DNA from: an uncultured Verrucomicrobiae bacterium
Lineage (GTDB): Bacteria > Verrucomicrobiota > Verrucomicrobiia > Limisphaerales > UBA11358
Direction: 5' to 3'
Assembly: GCA_963806905.1 (NCBI GenBank)
Contig: CAWEAA010000006.1
Span: forward strand, 13,640-77,639
Length of the DNA: 64,000 nt
Shown here: one piece after another, positions 8,443 to 16,542 of the stretch
How positions within the stretch are numbered: the first letter of the stretch is position 1
Layout: each line of letters opens with the position of its first letter
The notes under the pieces: model-generated
Databases searched by the model: none
What the model saw: only the letters and a program-made list of their open reading frames with translations
What the model was told of the DNA's origin: nothing
Position numbers and translations under genes: made by a program

Positions 8443-10215
8443 ATGCACAGCACCATGAAACGTTTCAGTGTCGTTTTGATTGTTTTCTCCCTGGCCCTGG
8501 CCGCGCAGGCGCAGACGGACACGAATGCGGCCACCGTGCCAGCCGAGACCAACGCACCGGCACTCCAACCGGAGGCCAATACGGTCGCCGTCCAAACAAA
8601 TTCAAACCCGGCCGCCACGCAAACGGACACGAACGCGGCCCCCACGCCGGTCGAAACCAACGCACCCGCCCCGCCTCCCGGGACCAATGCGACCGCCGGC
8701 ACGACCAACACCCCCTTGAGCTACCAGTGGCTGTTCAACGGTACCAAGGCGCAGACGAACGCGACCGCCGGCACAATCAACACCAATGGCCGCGCGATGT
8801 CGTTGAAGGACTGTATCCAGGAAGCCCTCCAGCACAACCTCGACGTGCAGATTGAGCGCTACAATCCGCAAATCCAGCGATACAATTTGAGCGCGGCCTA
8901 CAGCGGTTACGATCCGTTGCTCAACATTTCCGGCCAGCACGATTACGACGTGAGTGGCAGTGTCTTTCAAAATGGGTTTGAATTGCCCGGTTCCATTTCC
9001 GATGAGAACAAATTTAATTCCGATATCGGCGGCACACTGCCGATGGGGTTGCAGTATGATTTCAGCGGGAACGTCAATCAGCAATATGGCACACTAAATC
9101 CAGGGACGACCAACGCCTCGCCCTTTGAAAGCTCTTCGGGTCAGATTCAAGTTCAATTGAAGCAACCGCTGTTGAAGAATTTCTGGATAGACACCACGCG
9201 TCTTAACATTCGCGTTGCCAAGAACCGCTTGAAATATTCCGAGCAGGGCCTGCGGCAGCAAATCATAAACTCGGTCACCGCCGTTGAGAATGCCTACTAC
9301 GAACTCATTTACGCGCTGGAAAACGTAACGGTGCAGCAGGAGGCGCTGGTGCTCGCCCAGACGCAGCTTGACCAGGACAACCAGCGCGTGCAAATCGGCA
9401 CGCTTGCCATCTTGAGTGTCCAGCAGGATGAATCCCAGGTGGCGCAGAGCCAGGCCAATCTGATTGCCGCACAATTTACTCTGGTCACCGACCAAAATAC
9501 GTTGAAGAACCTACTCGCGGACACGAACTACACCCGATGGCACGATACGGACATTCAGCCGCTGGAGACGCTCACCGCGCCCGTGCAAACTTACAATTTG
9601 CAGGACAGTTGGCGGAAGGGCATGACCGAACGACCGGACCTCTTGCAGGCGCAATTGAATGTGGAGCAGCAGGGCATCCAGTTAAAGTATTACCGCAACC
9701 AGCTTTTTCCCGAACTCGATTTGACCGGCACCTACGGTTACAACGGCTCAGGCACGCAATTCAGCGACGAATTCAACCAGTTCAACGAAGGCAACCGGCC
9801 ATTTTACAGCTACGGCGCGCAAATGACGATTCCGCTCAGCAATGTCGGCCCGCGCAATCAATACAAGTCCAACAAGGCAACGTTGCAACAAGTCACGCTG
9901 CAACTGAAACAACTCGAACAAAACGTTTTGGTGGAAATCGATAATGCGGTGAAGCAGGCCCAATCCAACTTCCAAAGCGTGGAGGCCACGAAACAGGCGC
10001 GCATTTACGCCGAGGCCGCGCTGGACGCGGAGCAGAAAACCTACGCTGTCGGCAAGGCCACCACCTTTGAAGTGCTGCAATATCAAAACAGCCTCACCGC
10101 CGCGCGCTCGCAGGAAATTCGCGCGCTGGCCAATTACAACGAGGCGCTCGTCAATCTCGCCGCGCAGGAAGGCAGCACGCTCGAACGCAACAACATCAAC
10201 ATCGAGGCGAAGTAA
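8443..10215 (+). CDS. TolC-family outer membrane efflux protein with low-complexity N-terminal extension
   Basis: ORF opens at TTG 8416, with ATGs at 8443 and 8455. Signal peptide MKRFSVVLIVFSLALAAQA, about 110 aa of Thr/Asn/Ala/Pro-rich sequence, then TolC-type repeats (LKDCIQEALQHNLDVQ ...). Confidence 0.8.
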   Translation: MHSTMKRFSVVLIVFSLALAAQAQTDTNAATVPAETNAPALQPEANTVAVQTNSNPAATQTDTNAAPTPVETNAPAPPPGTNATAGTTNTPLSYQWLFNGTKAQTNATAGTINTNGRAMSLKDCIQEALQHNLDVQIERYNPQIQRYNLSAAYSGYDPLLNISGQHDYDVSGSVFQNGFELPGSISDENKFNSDIGGTLPMGLQYDFSGNVNQQYGTLNPGTTNASPFESSSGQIQVQLKQPLLKNFWIDTTRLNIRVAKNRLKYSEQGLRQQIINSVTAVENAYYELIYALENVTVQQEALVLAQTQLDQDNQRVQIGTLAILSVQQDESQVAQSQANLIAAQFTLVTDQNTLKNLLADTNYTRWHDTDIQPLETLTAPVQTYNLQDSWRKGMTERPDLLQAQLNVEQQGIQLKYYRNQLFPELDLTGTYGYNGSGTQFSDEFNQFNEGNRPFYSYGAQMTIPLSNVGPRNQYKSNKATLQQVTLQLKQLEQNVLVEIDNAVKQAQSNFQSVEATKQARIYAEAALDAEQKTYAVGKATTFEVLQYQNSLTAARSQEIRALANYNEALVNLAAQEGSTLERNNINIEAK

Positions 10216-10224
10216 AAATCATTA

Positions 10225-10295
10225 TCTTAATCCTGCGCTTAATCCTAATCGCCGTACGGAGAGGATTGAGATTGTAATAACGATTAAGATTAAGA
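10225..10295. repeat. Imperfect inverted repeat built from cttaatc-type units between convergent genes
   Basis: Left arm is tcttaatcctgcgcttaatcctaatc and right arm is gattgagattgtaataacgattaagattaaga, followed by A6. May act as a bidirectional terminator. Confidence 0.65.
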
Positions 10296-10303
10296 AAAAA
10301 TCC

Positions 10304-11011
10304 TTACCAGAACTGCCACGCGTGCTTCCAGACAATCCACAAGCCCAGCAATAAATTCGTGATGGCGTGCGCCGTCATCGCATCGCCCAGCCGGTTTTTG
10401 CGCAGCACCAGCCATTGATACGCCGCGCCGCACAAAATGCCCGCCAGCCATTCGTTGTGGGAAAAGCCGAAGACGGCCGCAGTCGCAAAAAATGGCAGCG
10501 GCAAAAATTGATTGAGCGGCACGGATTGGAAATCTGGTTTGGCGATGCAGCGATAGAGAAACGAGCGGTAAAAAGCCTCCTCCAGCGGCGGCACAACAAA
10601 TGTTGAACCAAGAATCCGCGTGGCGATCATCAGCCAAGCCAGCGCTGGGCTGTTGCCAAATTGTTCGTTCGGGTTCCAAAACTTGGGCGAGCTTGCCGGC
10701 GGATGCGTAATGCCGAGTTTCACCCAAAGCGAGGTTTGCGTCGTCCATTCGCCGCTGATGCCAACCCAAATCGCAAAGATTCCAATGCCGACGACGGCGG
10801 CTTCCCAACTGAAGGCCCAGCGCATTTCCGCCACGAACGGGCGCATTTCCCATATCAGCCACACACCGACCAGTGTCTTGGCGAAGTAAAACCAATAAGC
10901 TGACGCCGGGCCGAATTTCCCCTGGCAAAACGTCAGCGCGAAGAAAACTACAAATGGCGCGACCCGGGCGGTGGCCGGCGACACGGCAAATTGTTTTTTC
11001 AGGCAGCGCAC
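10304..11011 (-). CDS. CPBP (CAAX-type) intramembrane glutamic endopeptidase family protein
   Basis: 235 aa, GTG start, multi-TM. Carries the EEAFYRSFLY (EExxxR), FSHNEW and HAITNLLLG motifs. Confidence 0.75.
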   Translation of the reverse strand: MRCLKKQFAVSPATARVAPFVVFFALTFCQGKFGPASAYWFYFAKTLVGVWLIWEMRPFVAEMRWAFSWEAAVVGIGIFAIWVGISGEWTTQTSLWVKLGITHPPASSPKFWNPNEQFGNSPALAWLMIATRILGSTFVVPPLEEAFYRSFLYRCIAKPDFQSVPLNQFLPLPFFATAAVFGFSHNEWLAGILCGAAYQWLVLRKNRLGDAMTAHAITNLLLGLWIVWKHAWQFW

Positions 11012-11032
11012 ACGAAATGATGACGCGGATTT

Positions 11033-11542
11033 TTACTTGTCCAATCCTAATTTCTCCTGCGAACCGTCGGCTTTTTCCAGCGTGACGTTGTGTTGCGAGA
11101 TTTCCTTCACGCGGAATTCGCCAAACCGGTCGCCGACATGAACGGTCTTGCCGTCCACGATCGCCCACGGCTGTGTCGCGGTATAGACAATGCCCTGCAA
11201 CTTCGGTTCGGGCGGCGGCGGCGGCGGTGTTGGCGGTGGTGATGTTGACGGTGGTGGCAGCGGCGCGTTGGGTACGGGAATGGGCGCCGGGTTCACCGGT
11301 TGCGCCGCCGTAAGCCTGGGTTCACGGCGGGTTTTTGTCACGGTGCGGGTGACGAGGGCCATTCCGATAAAAAGGCACGCAGCCACAATCAAAAAACCAA
11401 TCACCCCCGGTAATATCCAGCCGATGACGTTGCCAGGCCTGGATTCAACCGGCAGCAACCTTGGCACTTTTGTGTCGGGCGGCGGCTGGTTTGTTTTCTG
11501 CGCCCGCTGGGCGCGTTTGAGCGCGTCGTTGATGCGGCTCAT
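11033..11542 (-). CDS. GspB/ExeB-like protein
   Basis: 169 aa. MSRINDALKRAQ N-terminus, one TM, a Pro-rich linker and a C-terminal beta domain (LQGIVYTATQPWAIVDGKTVHVGD). ATGA overlap with the upstream exeA-like gene. Confidence 0.55.
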   Translation of the reverse strand: MSRINDALKRAQRAQKTNQPPPDTKVPRLLPVESRPGNVIGWILPGVIGFLIVAACLFIGMALVTRTVTKTRREPRLTAAQPVNPAPIPVPNAPLPPPSTSPPPTPPPPPPEPKLQGIVYTATQPWAIVDGKTVHVGDRFGEFRVKEISQHNVTLEKADGSQEKLGLDK

Positions 11543-12354
11543 AGGTGGATGTTTCCTTCGAGTTCGCGAATGGCGCGTCCCACCATTTGGTAGGTGATGC
11601 GGTCGCTTTGTTCGACAAAACCGGCGAGCAAGGCCTTGTCGCAGACGGCGTTGATGAGCCGGGGGATGCCGTGGCTGTAACCGAAAACGCGCCAGAGGGC
11701 CGGCTGTGTGAAATACGGCACGCCCTGCGCGCCGGCGAGTTCGAGCCGGTGCTGGATGTATTGGCCGACCTCGACCCGCGTGAGCGGCGCGAGATGATAA
11801 CGCACGGTGATGCGCTGGCGGAGCTGGCGCAGGCGGTGGCTGTTGAGGCGGTCGCGCAATTCGGGTTGTCCCAGCAGGACGATTTGCATCAGCTTGCGGT
11901 CATCGGTTTCGATGTTCGAGAGCAGGCGGATTTGTTCGAGCAATTCCTCGGTCAAATTCTGCGCCTCGTCAATGATGAGCACGGTTTCCTTGCCTTGCTG
12001 GACCTGCTTGAGCAGAAATTCGCCGATAAGTGTGATGGTTCCCAACCGGTCGCGTCCCTGGACATCGAGGCCGAATTCGGTCGCAATGGCCTTCATCAGA
12101 CCGTCGGCGTCCAATACCGGGTTGAGGATGAGTGCGGTGGAAAACAGGCCGTTGAGCTGTTCGAGCAACGCGCGGCAAAGCGTCGTCTTGCCCGCGCCGA
12201 CCTCGCCGGTGAGCTGCACGAAGCCCTTGCGCTCGCAGATGCCGTAAAGCAGATGATTGTACGCCTCACGGTGCTGCCGGCTGTGAAACAGAAAACGCGG
12301 GTTCGGCGTGATGTCGAACGGCGCCTGTTTCAATCCGTAGTATTCCAGATACAC
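11539..12354 (-). CDS. ExeA/GspA-type AAA ATPase
   Basis: 271 aa. N-terminal MYLEYYGLKQAPF, Walker A GEVGAGKTT and Walker B VLIIDEAQ. Confidence 0.8.
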   Translation of the reverse strand: MYLEYYGLKQAPFDITPNPRFLFHSRQHREAYNHLLYGICERKGFVQLTGEVGAGKTTLCRALLEQLNGLFSTALILNPVLDADGLMKAIATEFGLDVQGRDRLGTITLIGEFLLKQVQQGKETVLIIDEAQNLTEELLEQIRLLSNIETDDRKLMQIVLLGQPELRDRLNSHRLRQLRQRITVRYHLAPLTRVEVGQYIQHRLELAGAQGVPYFTQPALWRVFGYSHGIPRLINAVCDKALLAGFVEQSDRITYQMVGRAIRELEGNIHL

Positions 12355-12478
12355 GCCGGCTTCTTAGCAGAAATTACACCGGCGGGAAACAAAAAGGGTG
12401 GCACGGGCGTCCCGTCTGTCGTTTTCTGCGTCGCGCCGGGAACAGGCTTTAGAGCCGGAAATTTCCATTGGCTGCGGT

Positions 12479-13621
12479 TCATCCGGCCAAAATTCTCCGC
12501 GCCGCCTTCACCAGCGCCTCCACTTCCGCCGGCGTGCCAATCGTGATCCGCAGGTAATTTTTCACTTCTGGAAAACTGAACCAGCGGACGAGGATTTTCT
12601 GTTCGCGCAATTTGTGCTGCCATTCGTGCGCGGCGAAGCGCGGCGGTCGCGCGAGAATGAAATTCGTCCGGCTCGGAAAAACCCGGAAACCGAGCTTCGT
12701 CAATTCGCGGGCCAGCCACTCGCGCGTGGTGATGATCTTTTTGAAATTCGCGCGGTAATACTTCAAATCGCCCAGCGCCACTTCCGCCGCGATCTGGCCG
12801 AGGCCGTTCACGTTGTAGCTGTCGCGAATCTTGTGCAGCGCAGCGATGAGTTCGGGGTGCCCGACAAAATAGCCGACGCGCTGGAAGCACAGCGAATACG
12901 CCTTGGAAAACGTCCGCGCCACCAGCACATGCGGATATTTCAACGCCAGCTTCAGCGCGTTTTCCTCCGCGAAATCCACATAAGCCTCGTCGAGAATGAC
13001 GACGCCCTTCTGCGCCACACAAAGCTTTTCCAGTTCCGAGGTTTTGTAACCGTGCCCACTCGGCGCGTTGGGTGTTGTGACATAAATCAGCGCGGCGTCA
13101 AATCTCCAAACTCCGCTCCGTTTCAATTCGGCCAGGCTTGGCAAACTGAAATCCGGTTTGAGCGGCACCGGATTTTTTGCTGCGCCATGTATGTCCGCCA
13201 GCACCGGATAGAGCGAATAGCTCGGGAGGAAATATTGGATAATTTGGTAGGGACGCCTCGCCGAGGCGTCCGCGGACACGCGAGGCCGCGTGTCCCTACC
13301 CGAAATCGGCTCTACAAACGCTCGCGTGGCCAGCGCCAGCAATTCATCCGAGCCGTTGCCCACGACGAGGTTGTCCGCGTGGCAGCCGTGCAGCTTCGCC
13401 AGTTTTTCGCGCAACACCTGCGCCGTCGGATTCGGATACAGCCGCAACCGCCCGTCCACCGCCGCCTTGACCGCCGCCAGCACTTTCGGCGACGGCGGAT
13501 ACGGATTCTCGTTCGTGTTGAGCTTGATCAACCCCTTGATTTTCGGCTGCTCGCCATAGAGGTAAGGGTGCAACTCGCTTACCAGCGGGCGGATAAAATT
13601 TTTCAAGCTGGTCTTGTTCAT
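12479..13621 (-). CDS. hisC: Histidinol-phosphate aminotransferase
   Basis: ORF is open to 13738; the ATG at 13621 gives MNKTSLKNF. Motifs LNTNENPYPPSP and TFSKAYSL (PLP lysine). Contains an in-frame palindromic insert at 13246-13300. Confidence 0.88.
   Translation of the reverse strand: MNKTSLKNFIRPLVSELHPYLYGEQPKIKGLIKLNTNENPYPPSPKVLAAVKAAVDGRLRLYPNPTAQVLREKLAKLHGCHADNLVVGNGSDELLALATRAFVEPISGRDTRPRVSADASARRPYQIIQYFLPSYSLYPVLADIHGAAKNPVPLKPDFSLPSLAELKRSGVWRFDAALIYVTTPNAPSGHGYKTSELEKLCVAQKGVVILDEAYVDFAEENALKLALKYPHVLVARTFSKAYSLCFQRVGYFVGHPELIAALHKIRDSYNVNGLGQIAAEVALGDLKYYRANFKKIITTREWLARELTKLGFRVFPSRTNFILARPPRFAAHEWQHKLREQKILVRWFSFPEVKNYLRITIGTPAEVEALVKAARRILAG
13246..13300. repeat. GTAGGG...CCCTAC two-hairpin palindromic element, in frame in hisC
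   Basis: Sequence is ggtaggg-[ggacgcctcg c cgaggcgtcc]-gcg-[gacacgcg aggc cgcgtgtc]-cctacc. Translated GRDTRPRVSADASARRPYQ. Confidence 0.85.
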
Positions 13622-13788
13622 CTCAAGGGAACAACGTGGACTCTCGACTGCGAAAGCAAATGAATTACCATGCGCACAGGATAAACACATTCGCCGGAAT
13701 GAAAAGATTTTCAGCGCAGACAATCGTTCGCAATGCATCTTCTATCGCCGGAAAACGCAGTTGACAATGGTAACATAAATGCTACTAT

Positions 13789-14115
13789 ATGAACGGCTCT
13801 TTCGAGATTCGTGAATACACTGAAGGCGGGCGCTCGCCGTTCGCGGAGTGGTTCGACGATTTGGACGCGGTGACGGCGGCGCGGGTGGACAGATACGTCC
13901 GCTGGCTGGAAGCGGGCAACTTCGGCGCGGCCAAGCCGCTGCGTCATGGAGTGTTTGAACTGCGGCTGGATTTTGGGCCGGGCTACCGCGTGTATTACGG
14001 ACGCGAAGGCCGGACCATCATCATCCTGCTTGGCGGTGGCAGCAAACGCCGGCAGGACGCCGACATCGCCGCTGCGGTGGAACGCTGGAAACGATACAAA
14101 CAGACAAAGGCATGA
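13789..14115 (+). CDS. RelE/ParE-superfamily toxin (HigB-like addiction module killer protein)
   Basis: 108 aa with a family-typical pattern: FAEWFDDLD, GNFGAAKPL, GVFELRLDFGPGYRVYY, IILLGGGSKRRQDADI. Confidence 0.75.
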   Translation: MNGSFEIREYTEGGRSPFAEWFDDLDAVTAARVDRYVRWLEAGNFGAAKPLRHGVFELRLDFGPGYRVYYGREGRTIIILLGGGSKRRQDADIAAAVERWKRYKQTKA

Positions 14116-14116
14116 C

Positions 14117-14440
14117 ATGGCACTGACGCGAGATTACAAGGAAACCGTGGTGGCGCGGATCAAACGCGACCGGAAATTTGCGCGGGCGCTCTACGCCGAA
14201 GCCGTGGGCGCGTTGCTGGAAGGCGAAACTGCCGAAGGACTTTCCATGCTGCGCGACCTGGTTCACGCCGAAATCACCTTCAAGGAACTGGCGCGACAGA
14301 CCGGCCTGGGCGAAAAGACGCTGCACCGGATGCTGAACCGCAACGGCAACCCCACCGCACGCAACCTGGGTGTGATTGTGCGGCACATTGCCGAGGACTT
14401 GCGCATCAAACCGCGCGTGGAAGTGGCCGTGGCGCATTAA
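14117..14440 (+). CDS. HigA-like antitoxin (XRE-type HTH antidote protein)
   Basis: 107 aa, starting 1 nt after the toxin stop. HTH segment FKELARQTGLGEKTLHRMLNRNGNPTARNL. Confidence 0.75.
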   Translation: MALTRDYKETVVARIKRDRKFARALYAEAVGALLEGETAEGLSMLRDLVHAEITFKELARQTGLGEKTLHRMLNRNGNPTARNLGVIVRHIAEDLRIKPRVEVAVAH

Positions 14441-14460
14441 GGCCGCAACCGCGAGAGCTG

Positions 14461-14486
14461 TAGCCGCGCTTGTGAAAGCGCGGCTA
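14461..14486 (+). terminator. Hairpin downstream of the TA pair
   Basis: Stem-loop tagccgcgc-ttgtgaaa-gcgcggcta (9-bp stem), followed by only a weak T tail (ttcc). Confidence 0.4.
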
Positions 14487-14508
14487 TTCCGGCGATTTGC
14501 ATCGGCGG

Positions 14509-14586
14509 CTACATCACCGGCTGCTCGCCATAGACGCAAGGGTGCAACTCGCGCACCGGCGGGCGGATGAATGATGAAACTTTCAT
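14509..14586 (-). pseudogene. Truncated duplicate of the hisC 5' end
   Basis: Reads MKVSSFIRPPVRELHPCVYGEQPVM then stop, versus the hisC N-terminus MNKTSLKNFIRPLVSELHPYLYGEQP. 46/51 nt identical by hand alignment with 13544-13594. Confidence 0.75.
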
Positions 14587-14590
14587 TAAC

Positions 14591-15184
14591 TCAATCGAGA
14601 GAAGGCAATCGGCGCCGTCTTTCTATTTCTTTTGAAACACATTTCTCACAAACACCATAAATCTGATCGGAATAGCATTCGGTCGCCAAAGGCGTGTCTG
14701 CATCAGCGTGAGAACAACGGCTGTTTGGAGTGTAACTTCTGAAAACTACAATACCGTCGCAAGCGGTTTTCTGTTGCAATGCCAAAGCAACACGCTTCAT
14801 ACACGATTCGCAAAACCAAAACAGCTTTGCATCCGGTGGTCTTTCTGCTTTACGACACAAGCAACAACGCAATGTTCTACGGATGCCATCCAATTCCTTC
14901 ACATAGGGCTGTCGTTTCGGAAATGCCAAACAATCCCCAAGCAAATCGTCCATCTTCCACGACGTTTCTTGGGACAGAAGAGCGATTCGAGAAACAATAT
15001 CCATTTTGCGTCTAACGAGTTCAGTGTGAATTATACAAACTTCACGATTGTGTTGTTTCACGCGCTGGCCATTCGGAAGATCGTTATCACAAACTCCAAC
15101 GTGCCGAAGTTCCAAGCAAAGTTCATCCAATAAGTCTAAGTCTGAACGCTCTTGAATCGGTGGTTTCGGTGGCGTGTTGGCCAT
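14591..15184 (-). CDS. Cys-rich protein with zinc-ribbon motif, unknown function (low GC)
   Basis: 197 aa. C-x2-C-x14-C-x2-C (CCLCRKAERPPDAKLFWFCESC) plus a second Cys/His cluster (CSH..C..CEKC). Spot GC of 42-43% versus about 60% in flanking genes. Lies 21 nt after the hisD stop. Confidence 0.6.
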   Translation of the reverse strand: MANTPPKPPIQERSDLDLLDELCLELRHVGVCDNDLPNGQRVKQHNREVCIIHTELVRRKMDIVSRIALLSQETSWKMDDLLGDCLAFPKRQPYVKELDGIRRTLRCCLCRKAERPPDAKLFWFCESCMKRVALALQQKTACDGIVVFRSYTPNSRCSHADADTPLATECYSDQIYGVCEKCVSKEIERRRRLPSLD

Positions 15185-15205
15185 AACAACCAGGTTAAAT
15201 CTGAT

Positions 15206-16498
15206 TCATTTTGAGCGAATTTCCGCGCTTTTTCCGTGCGCGCCCAGGCCTTCAAGTTCGGCGAATTTTTTCACGGTGGGCAGTGCTTTCTTGAGAGCGG
15301 CGCGGTTGTAGTCCACCACGCTTGTGCGGCGCTGGAATTGGTCAACGGTCAGTCCGGCAAACGACACGCCCGCGCCGCCGGTCGGCAGCGTATGGCTCGG
15401 CCCGGCTACGTAATCGCCCAGCACCGTCGGCGACCACGGACCGAGAAAAATCGCGCCCGCCGTCAAAATGCCTTCGGAAACTTTGCGCGGATTGCGCGTC
15501 ATTACCTCACAATGCTCCGGTGCCAGCCGGTTTGCCAAGGCCACGCCGTCATCTAGCGATTTCACCTGAATCAGCCAACCATTGTTTTGCAATGCGCGTT
15601 GAATAAATTCACGGCGCGCCAGTTTCGGCAGTTGGCGCGCGATTTCCCTTTCGACGGCTTTTAAAATTTTGTCCGAGGTTGTCACCAGCCAGACGCGTTC
15701 GTGGCCGGAGCCGTGTTCGGCCTGCGCCAGCAAGTCGGCGGCAACAAATTTCGGGTTGGCCGTGTCGTCCGCCAGCACCAGCACCTCGCTCGGCCCGGGC
15801 AGCAGATCAATCGCGACGCGGCCGACCAGCAATCGTTTGGCCGCGACGACGTACTCGTTGCCGGGACCGAAAATCTTTTGCACACGACGAATCGTCTTCG
15901 TGCCAAAAGCCATCGCCGCAATCGCCTGTGCCCCGCCGACGCGGTAAATCTCCGTCGCGCCCGCCGCGCGCGTGGCGAACAGCAGCGCCGAATTGATTCC
16001 GCCATCCCTGCCGCACGGCGTGCAGGCGACAATCTCCGGGCAGCCCGCGACTTTCGCCAGCGTGATGGTCATCAATGCGGTGGAAGCCAGCGGCGCCTTG
16101 CCGCCGGGGATGTAAACGCCCACGCGCTGGAACGGATCGAACTTTTCGCCGACCGTCGCGCCGTGTGAATTCTTCGTCTGCCAGTTTTTGTGCAGCGATT
16201 TTTTGGCGAAGGCGGCGATGTTTTTCTCTGCCTCGGCCACGGCCTTGCGCAGCGATTCATCGGCGGCGAGCGAGGCATTGAACAATTCCGCCTGTGAGAT
16301 GGCCAGCCGGTCGGCGGCAAGCTTCACGCCGTCGAAGCGTTCCGTGAACTCCAGCAGCGCGGTATCGCCATGCACCTGCACGGCGTCGAGGATGGCGCGG
16401 GTGCGTTGCTCGATTTCCGGATCAAACAGGCTGGAGGCGGCGGTCAGGTCGCGGAGTTTCCCGGCAAAGTTCGCGTCGCTGTGGCGGATGACTTTCAT
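15206..16498 (-). CDS. hisD: Histidinol dehydrogenase
   Basis: 430 aa with conserved blocks IFGPGNEYV, PGPSEVLVLAD and LAQAEHG. Confidence 0.92.
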   Translation of the reverse strand: MKVIRHSDANFAGKLRDLTAASSLFDPEIEQRTRAILDAVQVHGDTALLEFTERFDGVKLAADRLAISQAELFNASLAADESLRKAVAEAEKNIAAFAKKSLHKNWQTKNSHGATVGEKFDPFQRVGVYIPGGKAPLASTALMTITLAKVAGCPEIVACTPCGRDGGINSALLFATRAAGATEIYRVGGAQAIAAMAFGTKTIRRVQKIFGPGNEYVVAAKRLLVGRVAIDLLPGPSEVLVLADDTANPKFVAADLLAQAEHGSGHERVWLVTTSDKILKAVEREIARQLPKLARREFIQRALQNNGWLIQVKSLDDGVALANRLAPEHCEVMTRNPRKVSEGILTAGAIFLGPWSPTVLGDYVAGPSHTLPTGGAGVSFAGLTVDQFQRRTSVVDYNRAALKKALPTVKKFAELEGLGAHGKSAEIRSK

Positions 16499-16542
16499 GC
16501 AGGCAGGCTAGAAAATTCTCGCGGCAAAGTCAAAATTCGCGG

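Larger units (their letters stand above)
13622..14517. mobile_element. Putative inserted cassette (HigBA-like TA pair) bounded by direct repeats of the hisC 5' end
   Basis: Lies between hisC copy A (13544-13621) and truncated copy B (14518-14586). Holds only an opposite-strand TA pair and a hairpin. No integrase is present. Confidence 0.5.

Noticed and set aside
13761-13788. TTGACA-16 nt-TACTAT as the promoter of the TA pair
   Set aside because: The -10 hexamer ends 1 nt before the toxin ATG (13789), so the predicted transcription start would fall inside the coding region. It could still serve another start, but I cannot support the call.
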